Positions 1 to 12,212 of a stretch of 64,000 nt of DNA are shown here, in pieces; within the stretch, counting starts at the first letter, position 1; the number at the start of each line of letters is the position of its first letter. Origin of the DNA: an uncultured delta proteobacterium. Lineage in GTDB: Bacteria; Myxococcota_A; Polyangia; Palsa-1104. Under the pieces are notes generated by a model, which saw nothing but the letters and a program-made list of their open reading frames with translations, had not been told where the DNA came from and ran no database searches. The stretch is taken from positions 35,199 through 99,198 of the forward strand of contig CAWAWS010000013.1 in the NCBI GenBank assembly GCA_963785725.1, read 5' to 3'. A program made the position numbers and the translations under genes.

Positions 1-1158
1 GCGCGGCAGGTCGTCGATGTCGATGACGCTGGCCTTCGACAAGACGACCGCGCGCTCGATGGCGTTCTCCAGCTCGCGGACGTTGCCCGGCCAGTCGTAC
101 TCGATGAGCACGTCGAGCGCCGCGCGCGTGCAGCCGGTGAGCGACTTGCCGTTCTTCTCGCGAAAGCGCGTCAAAAAGTAGTCGACCAAGAGCGGCACGT
201 CGTCACGACGATCGCGCAGCGGCGGCACATTGAGCGCGATCACGTTCAAGCGATAGTAGAGATCCTCGCGAAAGGTGCCTTCGGCGACGGCGCGGCGCAG
301 ATCTTTGTTGGTCGCGGCGACGAGGCGGATGTCGATCTTCTGCGACTTGCCGCCGAGCCGCTCGATCTCGCCCTCTTGCAAGACGCGCAGGAGCTTGACC
401 TGCACGCTGAGCGGGATCTCGCCGATCTCGTCGAGGAAGAGCGTGCCGCCGTCGGCGAGCGTGAAGCGGCCGTCGCGGCGCGCGACCGCGCCGGTGAACG
501 CGCCTTTTTCGTAGCCGAACAGCTCGGCCTCGAGGATGCCTTCGGGGATGGCGGCGCAATTGACCGGGATGAAGGCGCGGCCGGCGCGTGGCGACGACTC
601 GTGAATCTGCCGCGCCAAGAGCTCCTTGCCGGTGCCCGATTCGCCGAGCAAGAGCACCGTCGCCACCGACGGCGCCGCCTGCTGCACGACCTCGAGCGTG
701 CGCCGCATCGCCAGCGACTGCCCGACGATAGGCCGGCGCCGCGTCGCTTCGAGCTGCGCCTTCAGCGTCTTGTTCTCGACGATGAGCGACTGCTTCTCGA
801 GCGCCTTCGACACGACGCGCACGACATGCGCGCGCTTGAGCGGCTTGGTGATGAAGTCGTAGGCGCCTTCGCGCATCGCCTCGACCGCGGCCTCGACCGT
901 GCCGTAAGCCGTCATCACCACCGTCTCGGTGTCGGCCGACAGCTGCTTGACCGCCTTCAGCAGATCGACGCCGCTGATGCCCGGCATCATCAAATCGGTG
1001 AGCACGACATCGACGCGGCGCTTGCGCACCACTTCGAGCGCGTCCTTGCCGTCCTTGGCCGTGAGCACCGTCAGCCCTTCGCGCGCGAAGATGCGCTCGA
1101 GCGACTCCAGGTTCGAGGCTTCGTCGTCGACCACCAGCAGCGTCGGCTCACCGTTCAT
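1..1158 (-). CDS. Sigma54-dependent response regulator (NtrC/AtoC family: REC + AAA+), 3' end outside the window
   Basis: Manual translation [20 protein letters not shown]...DLMMPG...GESGTGKE...[13 protein letters not shown]...DLYYRLNV...[17 protein letters not shown] at 1166-1170. Confidence 0.93.
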   Translation of the reverse strand, partial: MNGEPTLLVVDDEASNLESLERIFAREGLTVLTAKDGKDALEVVRKRRVDVVLTDLMMPGISGVDLLKAVKQLSADTETVVMTAYGTVEAAVEAMREGAYDFITKPLKRAHVVRVVSKALEKQSLIVENKTLKAQLEATRRRPIVGQSLAMRRTLEVVQQAAPSVATVLLLGESGTGKELLARQIHESSPRAGRAFIPVNCAAIPEGILEAELFGYEKGAFTGAVARRDGRFTLADGGTLFLDEIGEIPLSVQVKLLRVLQEGEIERLGGKSQKIDIRLVAATNKDLRRAVAEGTFREDLYYRLNVIALNVPPLRDRRDDVPLLVDYFLTRFREKNGKSLTGCTRAALDVLIEYDWPGNVRELENAIERAVVLSKASVIDIDDLPR

Positions 1159-1172
1159 GGACGAGCCTCCAT

Positions 1173-1327
1173 TGCGTCAACCGGGCCAGCCCCGCCAACT
1201 TCAATTGTTTCAGCCACTTCGCGAATTGACACGATGTCAAGCTTGGCCGAGGCGCGACATTTTGGCAAGGAAGCGAGCGCCAGCTGGCAGATTTGTCGCG
1301 CCGCGAGCCGGCTTTGTCAGGATGTCG
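1173..1327 (-). promoter_or_regulatory. Putative sigma54 promoter plus upstream palindromic activator sites
   Basis: Minus strand TGGCCCG-GTTG-ACGCA (GG-N10-GC) at 1188-1173; palindrome TTGACACGATGTCAA 1226-1240 and related sites at 1255-1267, 1285-1298, 1315-1327. Confidence 0.5.
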
Positions 1328-1437
1328 CCGTCTGTGCGGCTGACGGCGCCGTCGAAAACTCCACGCCGCGCCCGCGCCAAGTGTGCGATCGCACGTGTAG
1401 ACGGCGCTGGCGAAGCGGGTGCAGAGTGAAAGAGGGC

Positions 1438-1950
1438 ATGCGTGACCTCCTGCTGCTCGCCGTCTCCGTGCTCGCGACCACCGGCTGTCGTCCTCTGGAA
1501 GCGTGCGGCGGTTGCGCCGCCTACGAGAGTTGCGACACCGCCAGCAACCAGTGCGTCTTGAACGACGGCGCGCGCTTCGACCTCGAGGCCGTCGACGGCA
1601 ACGTGCCCGGCGACGACTGGGATCCGTTCTTCGGCCCGCCCGATCCCTACATTTGCGTCAGCGGTCAGAGCAGCGCCGAGCAGTGCACGACGGTGAAATC
1701 GGACACGCACACGCCGACGTGGAACCAGGTGCTGCTCAGCGATCTCGACGGCGCGGCGCTCTTGAGCGAGCCGCTCGCCTATCGCTACGAAGACTCCGAC
1801 CTCGACTCCGACGATCTCATCTGCGAAGGGCCGCTGACGCTCGAGAACGAGTGGGTCAACAAGGGCGGCTTCAGCTTCCGCTGCAGCAACGGCAGCTACG
1901 CCAACTTCGCGCTGCACAACACGGTCGTCGGCACGCCCGTCGCACCTTAA
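1438..1950 (+). CDS. Lipoprotein with a C2-like (Ca2+/phospholipid-binding) domain
   Basis: Signal peptide ending TTGC; Cys-rich segment; C2 signatures DWD..GPPDPYICV, TTVKSDTHTPTWN, YEDSDLDSDDLIC. Confidence 0.7.
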   Translation: MRDLLLLAVSVLATTGCRPLEACGGCAAYESCDTASNQCVLNDGARFDLEAVDGNVPGDDWDPFFGPPDPYICVSGQSSAEQCTTVKSDTHTPTWNQVLLSDLDGAALLSEPLAYRYEDSDLDSDDLICEGPLTLENEWVNKGGFSFRCSNGSYANFALHNTVVGTPVAP

Positions 1951-4599
1951 GCCGCAGCGTCGGCCGGCAGCGAGACCGTGAAGGTCGTGCCTTGGCCGAC
2001 GGTGCTGTCGACGGCGATCGTGCCGCCGTGGCGCTCGACGATGCCGTGCACGATCGACAAGCCGAGCCCCGAGCCTTCGCCGACATCCTTGGTCGTGAAG
2101 AACGGATCGAAGATGCGCGACAACGTCTCCGGCGGAATGCCGGGCCCGTCGTCGGCGACGGTGATGACCGCTTTGCCGTCGCGGCGCTCGGTGGCGATGC
2201 GAATGGTGCCGCCCGAGCGACCGTGGCCGGCGAGCGCCTGCGCGGCGTTGGTCAAGAGGTTCATGAACACTTGGTGCAGCTGGCCGGCGTGACCGCGCAC
2301 GCGACCGACGTCGCCATATTGCCGCTCGACGTGGATGCCGTTCTTCAGATGGTGACGCAGAAGATCGAGCGAGTCATCGATGCCGCGCTGGAGATCGACG
2401 TCGACGAGCCGATCGTCATCGCCGCGCGAATAGTTGTGCAGCGCCTGGACGATCTCTTTGGTGCGGCGCGCGCCGCGCTGGATGACGCGGATCATCTCCG
2501 ACACGTCGGCGCGAATGTCGGCGGGAATCGTCGAGTCCGACAGCGTCGTTTCCAGCGGCCCGACCGTGTTGACGACGGCGTTGACCGGGTTGTTGATCTC
2601 GTGCGCGATGCCGGCGACGAGGCGACCCATCGACGCCATCTTCTCCGAGCGCACCAGCTCGTCCTGCGCGCGCCGCAGCTGCATCGAGCGCCTCGGCGAT
2701 CTCGCGGTTACGCCGCTCGAGCTCGGCCGTGCGGCGCGCCACTTCGTGCTCGAGCGAGAGGTTGATCTCCGTCGACGAACGCAGCTTCTCGTTGAGCGCG
2801 CGCCGCATCTCCTCGAACGCGAAGGTCAGGCGCCCGACCTCGTCCGCCTCGCCCGACGACGACACGACCGGCCGATTCAAGTCGCCGCGCGCCATCGCGT
2901 CGGCGCGCCGCTCGAGCTCGCGGATCGGCTGCGTCAGATCGGTGGCGACGAGGATGACGAGCCCCATCGACACCAACAAGAGCACGACGAAGAAGTAGAT
3001 GAGCACCTTGACCTGCGGCGCCAGATCGGGGCCGCGACCGCGATAACCGGGCAAGAGGACGGCGATGCTGCCGTAGTCTTGGTTGCCCAAGTACAAGCGC
3101 GAGTAGGCGCCGGTGAGCGAGTTGTTGGCCAGCTCCATGGCGCCACGATCGAGGCGGCGCATGAGCGCCTCGCCCGTCCACGGCAAGCGCGGCGGGCCGC
3201 GCCGACCGCCGCCGAGCGCGATCGGCCGCGCCTCGGCCGCCGGCGGCAAGTAATAGACGACCGCTTCGTCCTGCAAGCTGCCTTTGGGCGCCTTCCAGCG
3301 CACGGCGTCTTGCAGCACCTCGAGGATCTGCTCTTGCGACGGCGGACCTTGTCGCGCGGCCCGCTCGCGCAGCTCGGCCAAGGTCGAGTCGAGGCGCAGC
3401 TCGCCTTCGCGGCCGATGAACCCCGTCGCCATCGTTTTGTACTGCATATACGAGAGGAACAGCGACATGCCGCAGGCGAAGAACGTGAGCGCGCCGAAGC
3501 CGGCCAGCATCTTCGAGCGCAACGACAGCGGCGTCGCGATCGTGTCCGGCGGCGGACGATGGCGCGCCGAGATGTGCACGAGAAACGGCCGCATCGTCGC
3601 GCGGTGCCACAAGGCTTCGTAGAGCGCGGCGCCGATGGTGACGACGACGGCGGCGCCGCACATGAGCGCCGCGTTCTCGAGGTCCATGCCGAAGACGAGC
3701 ACGCCTTGCAACACCAAGAGCAGCTCGGCCACGAGCCAGAAGGCCACTTTCGCCAGCGCCAGCTTGTACGGCAGCGCCTGCGCCGTGCGATAAGCGAGGA
3801 CGGCGCGCGGATCGTCGCGCAGCGGCTGATCCGACGGTCGCGGCGAGAGCGCGGCCGCCAAGTAGGCGTCGATCGAGCGTGGCACGGCGCGCAAATAGAG
3901 CCACCAGCCGACCGAGAGCACGACCATCGTCAGCGGGAAGTAGGTCTCGAGCCGCACATACTGCTCGAGGTTGACCGGGATGAAGTAGTAGGTGAACGCG
4001 GCGATGCCGAAGATGCCGAGCGTTCCCGTCGCCAGCGCGGCCAGCGACAGGCGCATGCGATAGGAGTCGGCGAAGGCGCGCAGCGCGTCGGAGTCGGCGA
4101 GCAGCGCGTCGCGAACGCCGTCGAGGATGCGGGCGTAGGCGAGCGCGCGGAAGACGGCCACGCCCGAGGCGTGCGCGGTGGCGACAGAGACGACGGTGAA
4201 GACGGCGAAGATGGGAAAGCCGGCGCGTAAATGCAGCGTGATGGCGACGATGCTGGCGCCGATCGACCACAAGGCGACGCGCAGGATGAGCGCGCGGCGC
4301 GGGAAGGCCAAGAGCGCGGCCAAGGCTTCGGCGCGCGTCTCGGAGTCGAGCGTCTCGCCGTTGAGGCGGCGGCGACAGGCGCGCGCGAGCGGCGCGCGCC
4401 AGACGCGCGTGACGACGAGCCACGTGGCCAGGCCGGCGAACCAGACGGTGGCGACGACGCGCGGCATGAGCGCCCACTGCCGCTCGTCGAGGCTGAAGAA
4501 GAACATGAGCGGCGTGAACACGACGGCCAGCTCGGCGAAGAGCAGGAGCACGTCGGGCACGAGCAGGCGGCGAGCGAACTTCAGCGCGTCATTGGACAT
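1947..4599 (-). CDS. Multi-TM HAMP sensor histidine kinase (NtrB-like), split by a +1 frameshift near 2682
   Basis: ORF 2416-4599 has TM helices and HAMP (DEVGRLTFAFEEM); ORF 1947-2684 has AHEINNP, QVFMNLLTNA, DDGPGI, FDPFFTTK, GSGLGL; span 2653 = 3x884+1. Confidence 0.88.
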
Positions 4600-4632
4600 C
4601 GACGCGCGGAGTATATGCTGCCGTAGGAGTTA

Positions 4633-5964
4633 GGGCCCGCGAATGCACAAGTCGACCGTTCAACCTTGTGCGTCACGCGGCTTGATCACGTAGTTCCAGT
4701 CACCGTGGAAGTCGTGCCTGTCGATCTTGATCTCCCGCAGTTCCTTCGCCGTGACCTTCTTGCCAATTGGATAGTTGCGACGATCGAGCCGCGCACTCAC
4801 CACGAGCCCGCCGACGTTCGTCGTGTTACCGATGAGGTTGATGATCGTCTCGTACGACCGCAGCGGTCGCCCTCGCCAGTTGATCGATATGAACGAAAAC
4901 AGTCGGTGCTCGACCTTGTTCCACTTGCTGGTGCCCGGCGGAAAATGGCTGACGTGGACTGCCAACCCGATCTTATCTGCCAGTCGCTGCAACTGCTGCT
5001 TCCAGACGTGTGACCGATAGCTGTTACTGCCGCCAGAATCGGCGGTGATAAAGATGTCTCGCGCCTTCGGATATCGCTTCTGGCCGACGCGGTTCCACCA
5101 TGCCTCAATGGAAGTCACCGCGAATACCGGCGTGTCGTGGTCGACTCCCACGCTCACGAAGCCATCGTTGGCGGCCACATCGTAGACGCCGTACGGGATC
5201 GCTTTGCCCACTGCGTCCGAGGGAAAGTCGTGTACGTCCACCAACTCCGGTTCTCCTTTGGGCTGCCATTCGCGCCCGCCGTTCTTGAAGTTGCCGACCA
5301 ACTCTTTCTTCTTCGTGTCGACGGAGATCACCGGCACGCCACGCTCGACGCACGCTCGAGCCTTCGCGTTGATGTGCTCGAACTGCGCGTTGCGGTCTGG
5401 ATGCTGCGCTCCCTCGACCGATTTGTTCGGTGCCTGCAGGCTATAGCCGTGGCTGCGGAGCAATTTAGCCACGGTCCGGTCACTGACCCGAATCATGTGT
5501 TGGGCGAACAACTCGGCTGACAGCACTTGCGTACTTTTGCTCGTCCACCGCAGCGGCGACTCCGGATCGCCCCGCGTGACCGGATCAATGAGCCTTTCGA
5601 GCGCTGGCCATACCGTCGGATGCGCGACTTCGAACGGTCGCTTCCCGTTGCTGCGCCGGACCTTGACCACGTCCTCTGGGCGCGCGCCGGCGCGGGCTTC
5701 GTCGCGACCCTTGCGCACGGTGCTGATCGCCATTCCCGTCGCCCGCGCCACAGCGGCCACACCTCCGTAGCCAATGGCGCCTGCCTCGGCGCCGGCCCAC
5801 AGTCGACGCGCCCGCTCGTCCATCGTCGGCTTCAACAGTCGCCACTTCTGACGAACCAGCTCTTCGGTGCCCACCCTGAAGGTAGATCACGCCCGGTTGT
5901 CCTTGTCGATCCTGCGCGCGACCTTTATTCGCACAACTCGATCGACTCAGCCATTCGCGGGCCC
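4633..5964 (-). mobile_element. ISAzo13-family insertion sequence (1332 bp)
   Basis: Terminal IRs GGGCCCGCGAATG (13/13, extending to 19/23); 3-bp direct repeat TTA at 4630-4632 and 5965-5967. Confidence 0.92.
4660..5874 (-). CDS. ISAzo13-family DDE transposase
   Basis: Motifs RGDPESPLRWTSKS, ISVDTKKKELVGNFKN, ADSGGSN, PPGTSKWNKVEHRLFSFI, FHGDWNY. Confidence 0.95.
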   Translation of the reverse strand: MGTEELVRQKWRLLKPTMDERARRLWAGAEAGAIGYGGVAAVARATGMAISTVRKGRDEARAGARPEDVVKVRRSNGKRPFEVAHPTVWPALERLIDPVTRGDPESPLRWTSKSTQVLSAELFAQHMIRVSDRTVAKLLRSHGYSLQAPNKSVEGAQHPDRNAQFEHINAKARACVERGVPVISVDTKKKELVGNFKNGGREWQPKGEPELVDVHDFPSDAVGKAIPYGVYDVAANDGFVSVGVDHDTPVFAVTSIEAWWNRVGQKRYPKARDIFITADSGGSNSYRSHVWKQQLQRLADKIGLAVHVSHFPPGTSKWNKVEHRLFSFISINWRGRPLRSYETIINLIGNTTNVGGLVVSARLDRRNYPIGKKVTAKELREIKIDRHDFHGDWNYVIKPRDAQG

Positions 5965-6561
5965 TTAACGCCGCAGGTAGGACAGGAAGTCGTCGTGCGG
6001 GCGGGCGATGAGCTCGCGGCCGAGCTGCACGGCGGTCGGCGTCGCGTGCTCGGCGGCCAAGAGCGCGGCTTCGACGTCGGCGTGCTCGCCGGCGAGGATG
6101 AAGTAGGCTTTGCCGCCGAGCCCGTCGCCGAGGCGCAGCTCGGTCAACACGATCTCGGCCGCTTTGCAGGCGGCGTCGGCGGCCAGCAGCGACGCGGCGA
6201 TGCTCGAGGTCTCGAAGATGCCGAGCGCGTCGCCGTCGCGCGGCGGCGCCGGCGTCTCGCGCAGCGCGGCCAAGACTCCGTCGGCGGCTTGCGGCAGCTG
6301 CAGCCGGTCGACGAGCAGCCCGCCGGCGGTCGTGAGCGCGATCGCCATCGCCTCTTCCACCGACGCCACGTCGCCGGAGATGAGGATGACGTGCTTGCCC
6401 GACGACACCGGCCGCGCCAAGACCAGCTCGACCGGCGCCTTCTTGACCATCTGGTCGGCGACGGCGAGCCCGCGCGCGACGCTCGACGTCTCGATGACGC
6501 CCAACGCCGGCCCGGAGACGTTCGCGCCCTGCCCTTGCCGGCGCTGGAAAGGTCCCGACAA
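5965..6561 (-). CDS. BMC-T tandem-domain shell protein (PduT/H. ochraceum T1-like)
   Basis: Two BMC domains: ALGVIETSSVARG...GK...GDVASVEEA and ALGIFETSSIA...GLGGKAY...IARPH; start codon uncertain. Confidence 0.9.
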   Translation of the reverse strand: MSGPFQRRQGQGANVSGPALGVIETSSVARGLAVADQMVKKAPVELVLARPVSSGKHVILISGDVASVEEAMAIALTTAGGLLVDRLQLPQAADGVLAALRETPAPPRDGDALGIFETSSIAASLLAADAACKAAEIVLTELRLGDGLGGKAYFILAGEHADVEAALLAAEHATPTAVQLGRELIARPHDDFLSYLRR

Positions 6562-6562
6562 C

Positions 6563-7135
6563 CTAGCCTTCGAGCTTGAAGAGGCGCAGCTTGTCGGCGG
6601 CCAATTCGGCGGCGTCGGTCTCGATCGCGGCCGGCCGCTTGTCGGGCGACTTCACGCCCTCGTAAGTGCCGGCGTCGATGAGGTTCGACACGTTGCGCCG
6701 CGTCGCCAGCGCGGTGACGCGGAACGCCTGGTTCACCGGCTGGCCGAGCACGTCGTAGAAGCGCAGCTTGTCGGTGCCCAACTCGCCGGCCAAAAGATTG
6801 CCCGACGCGACGCCGATGCAGTAGTCGAGCACCGGCATCTTGCGCGCGCCGCTCTGGTCGACGAACGCCTGGCGCTGGCTGACCGCCGCCGCCACCGCTT
6901 CCAGCGCGTGCAGGCGATGATCGCCGCCGATGAAGACGCCGAGCACCGCGTCGCCGACGAACTTGACGATGCGACCGCGATGGGCCTCGATGATCTCGCC
7001 GACGTGCTCGTAGAAGCGGCTCAACGCCAGGCTCAGCTCGACCGGGCCGAGCTCGGCGACGATGGGCGCGAAGTTGCGCACGTCCGCCACGAGCACCGAC
7101 GCATCCACTTCTTGCAGTAGCAGCTCATGCGCCAT
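6563..7135 (-). CDS. Stand-alone class III nucleotide (adenylate) cyclase, 190 aa
   Basis: AGGAG RBS; ADVRNF (metal Asp), IVKFVGD (Lys + second Asp), IGVASG, YDVLGQPVNQAFRV (Asp, Asn, Arg). Confidence 0.9.
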   Translation of the reverse strand: MAHELLLQEVDASVLVADVRNFAPIVAELGPVELSLALSRFYEHVGEIIEAHRGRIVKFVGDAVLGVFIGGDHRLHALEAVAAAVSQRQAFVDQSGARKMPVLDYCIGVASGNLLAGELGTDKLRFYDVLGQPVNQAFRVTALATRRNVSNLIDAGTYEGVKSPDKRPAAIETDAAELAADKLRLFKLEG

Positions 7136-7146
7136 GATGTTCTCTC

Positions 7147-8645
<1,499 letters not shown>

Positions 8646-8719
8646 CGGCAACCTCCTCGGCACAGCCTCGGAGTGGCATCTCGCCTCGCGCGGCTCGGCT
8701 CGCGGAATGCCATGCGCGA

Positions 8720-9015
8720 CTAAGAATTGCCTTCGAGTAGCGGGCGGCGCCTTCGATCGCGATCTCGTCGACGATGGCCATGATGGTGGCGTCGACCGGG
8801 CGGTCCTTGGTGACCTTGGTCTGCCGCGCCGACGAGCCCGACGCGTAGAGCACGACCTCGCCCACGCCCGCGCCGACCGCGTCGACGGCGACGATGGGCG
8901 CGCCGTTCGGCTTGCCATCGACGTCGCAGGCGCGCACCAAGAGGAGCTTGAGCCCGACGAGCTCGTCCTCTTTGCGGGACGCCGTGACCGTCCCGACGAC
9001 CTTGCCCAGGACCAT
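8720..9015 (-). CDS. BMC-P pentamer vertex protein (EutN/CcmL family); probable -1 indel near 8730 at the C-terminus
   Basis: [15 protein letters not shown]...[22 protein letters not shown]...[11 protein letters not shown]. Confidence 0.92.
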
Positions 9016-9024
9016 GACGGCGAC

Positions 9025-9346
9025 TTAGCGGGAGCCGCCCGACGACGTCTTGCCGCCGGACGCTTCGCCCGGCGCGACCGAGCGGCAGGATGAGATCGAT
9101 GTTGGCGTGCGGGCGCGGAATGACGTGCACCGAGACCAGCTCGCCGACGCGCTCGGCCGCGCGCTGCCCGGCTTCGGTCGCCGCTTTGACCGCCGCGACG
9201 TCGCCGCGCACGATGGCGGTGACGTAGCCGCCGCCGATCTTCTCGTAGCCGACGAGCTCGACCTGCGCCGCCTTCACCATCGCGTCGGCGGCCTCGACCA
9301 TGCCCACGAAGCCCTTCGTCTCGATCATTCCGAGTGCGTCAGCCAT
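9025..9346 (-). CDS. BMC-H hexamer shell protein (EutM/PduA-like); probable +1 indel at 9068-9070
   Basis: [27 protein letters not shown]...[14 protein letters not shown]...VHVIPRPH; correcting one base gives TAA at 9025-9027. Confidence 0.95.
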
Positions 9347-9383
9347 TGTCCGTCCTTGTCTCTGCTACGAGAGTTGCGAGAAA

Positions 9384-10022
<639 letters not shown>

Positions 10023-10063
10023 GAGCCCGGCAACGTATCAAAGCGACCAGTGGCAATCAATAG

Positions 10064-12199
10064 ATGATGGCGCGTCGTCTCTTGCGTGCGTGGCCGGCGA
10101 TCCTCGTCGTGGCGGCGATCGCTTGGCAATATCGCGCGCCGCTCGTCGGTCGCGTCTGGTACTTCGAGGACATCGCCGCCTACTTCGTGCCGCTCTATGC
10201 GGCCGCCGCGCGCGCCATGCATGGCGGCGGCTTTCCGACGTGGGACTCGGGCGCGTGGGCGGGACAGCCGCTGGTCGGCGATCCGCAGGTCGGCTGCTTC
10301 TATCCGCCCAACTGGCTGTGGCTGCTGCTGTCGCCGGCGCGGCTCTACGCCTGGCTGCAGCTGTTCCACATCGCCGTCGGTGCCGCGGGCATGTGGGCGC
10401 TGGCGCGGACGCGCGGTCGCTCGCCGGAAGCGGCGGCGCTGGCGGCGCTGACGCTGACCTTGGGCGCGTTCTGCGTGCTCGAGCTGCGCCACGCCATGTT
10501 CGTGGCGACGACGGCGTGGCTGCCGTGGCTGTGGTGGGCGACCGAGCGCTGGCAGTCGCACCAGCGGCGCGACGAGGTCTTGGCAATCGCGCTCACCGGC
10601 GGCGCGGCCATCTTGGCGGGCGGCTGGTCGATGCTGCCGTTCGCGCTCGAGCTCATGCTGATCGTGACCGCCGCGCGCACGCTGGCGACGCCGCGCGCCG
10701 GACGCAGCCGCTTCGTCGTCGGCGTCGTCCTCGGCGGCGCCGGCGCCGTCGCGCTGGCCATGGCGCAGCTGCTGCCGGCGCTGGCCCATGCGCGCCTGTC
10801 GCCGCGCGCGCTCGGCGCCACCTACGAGTTCGCGTCGAGCTACTCGTGGCCATCGTGGCGCTACCTGGTGACGCTGGCGCTGCCGACGTTCTACGGCGAC
10901 GACGCGCGCCACACCTATGTCGGCGCCAGCGATCAGTGGGAGCTGTGCGGCTACGGCATCGGCCTCGTGGCGACGCTGCTGGCGCTGGCGTCGCTGATCG
11001 AGCGCGAGCGGCGCTACGAACGGATCGCGATCTTCGCGGCCACGCTCGTGGCCTGCGAGCTGGCGCTGGGCGGGCACGGCTTTTTGCACCCGCTGCTCTT
11101 TCGCGCGCACATTCTGTCGTCGCTGCGCTGCCCGGCGCGCGCGCTCTATCTCTGGACGCTGGCGGCGCCGCTGCTCGCCGCCGATGGGCTCGACGCCGTG
11201 ACGGCGCGGCTGCCGGCGCGCGCCAAGATCGTCGTCCCCGCGCTGCTCTTGTGCGCGGTCGCGGGCGAGCTCGGCTACACCTGGCGCGCCGAGAATCCGA
11301 CGATGACGCTGGCGCAAGCGGACGCGCATCCGCCGGCGATCGATTGGCTGCGCGAAGGCCACAAGCCCGATCGCGTCATCAACGACGTGCACTTGCCGCA
11401 GCCCTTCCACAACATGGGGCTGCGCTGGCGGCTCGACGCGGCGGGCGGCTATTCGTCGCTGCCGATCTGGCGCTACTTGCACCTCTTGTGGATCGCCAAT
11501 CACGGCAAGCCCTACCCGCACGCGCAGCTCAACGACGACCTGACGGCGCAAGGGCTGTGGCGCTTTTCGTCGCCGATCGTCGATCTGCTGGGCGTGCGGC
11601 GCGTGTTGACGGCGCACGATCGACCGATCACGGCCAAGCAGTTCCACCTCGTCTACACCGGCGCCGACGGCCTCGACGTGTGGGAGAACATCGATGCCTT
11701 CCCGCGCGCCTATGTCGTCTATCGCGCGCAGGTCGTCGCCGACGAGCCGGCGGCCGCGCTCGCGGTGGCGTCGCCGACGTGGCGGCCGAGCCGCGTGGCC
11801 ATCGTCGAGCCCTTGCCGTCGGGCGAGCCGCCGGCGCCGGGCGTGCCGGCGCCGTCGCCGACCGAGGCGCTGCCCGATCCCGCGACCGTGCGCGAGCTGT
11901 TCCGCATCGGGCCGACGCGCTTCGAGATCGAGGCCGAGCTGAGCCAACCGGGCATCCTCGTCGTCGGTGAGCCGTGGTATCCGGGCTGGCGCACCACGGT
12001 CGACGATCGACCGGCGCCGCTCTTGCGCGTCGACTATGCGCTGCGCGGCGTGGCGCTGACAAAGGGCGTGCATCGCATCACGATGGAGCTGTCGAACGTG
12101 CCGATGCAGATCGGCGGCGCCATCACGGCGTTGACCTTGATCACGATCGCGCTTCTCGCCGGTCGGCCGCGCCGGCGTCGTCGTAAAGCCGCTTCGTGA
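10064..12199 (+). CDS. YfhO-like polytopic membrane protein (GT-C fold glycosyltransferase candidate)
   Basis: Many TM helices; PTWD..AWAGQPLVGDPQ..FYPPNW; C-terminal YPGWRTTVDD...LRGVAL.KG.H motif. Confidence 0.75.
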   Translation: MMARRLLRAWPAILVVAAIAWQYRAPLVGRVWYFEDIAAYFVPLYAAAARAMHGGGFPTWDSGAWAGQPLVGDPQVGCFYPPNWLWLLLSPARLYAWLQLFHIAVGAAGMWALARTRGRSPEAAALAALTLTLGAFCVLELRHAMFVATTAWLPWLWWATERWQSHQRRDEVLAIALTGGAAILAGGWSMLPFALELMLIVTAARTLATPRAGRSRFVVGVVLGGAGAVALAMAQLLPALAHARLSPRALGATYEFASSYSWPSWRYLVTLALPTFYGDDARHTYVGASDQWELCGYGIGLVATLLALASLIERERRYERIAIFAATLVACELALGGHGFLHPLLFRAHILSSLRCPARALYLWTLAAPLLAADGLDAVTARLPARAKIVVPALLLCAVAGELGYTWRAENPTMTLAQADAHPPAIDWLREGHKPDRVINDVHLPQPFHNMGLRWRLDAAGGYSSLPIWRYLHLLWIANHGKPYPHAQLNDDLTAQGLWRFSSPIVDLLGVRRVLTAHDRPITAKQFHLVYTGADGLDVWENIDAFPRAYVVYRAQVVADEPAAALAVASPTWRPSRVAIVEPLPSGEPPAPGVPAPSPTEALPDPATVRELFRIGPTRFEIEAELSQPGILVVGEPWYPGWRTTVDDRPAPLLRVDYALRGVALTKGVHRITMELSNVPMQIGGAITALTLITIALLAGRPRRRRRKAAS

Positions 12200-12212
12200 T
12201 AGCATCCGAGGC

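Noticed and set aside
376..1437. N-terminal part of the 524-aa plus-strand ORF
   Set aside because: Antisense shadow of the NtrC-type gene; the real lipoprotein starts at 1438
8660..8720. Possible stem-loop between BMC-P and AldDH tuning stoichiometry
   Set aside because: Only a short TGGCAT/ATGCCA stem with a long loop; not distinguishable from chance
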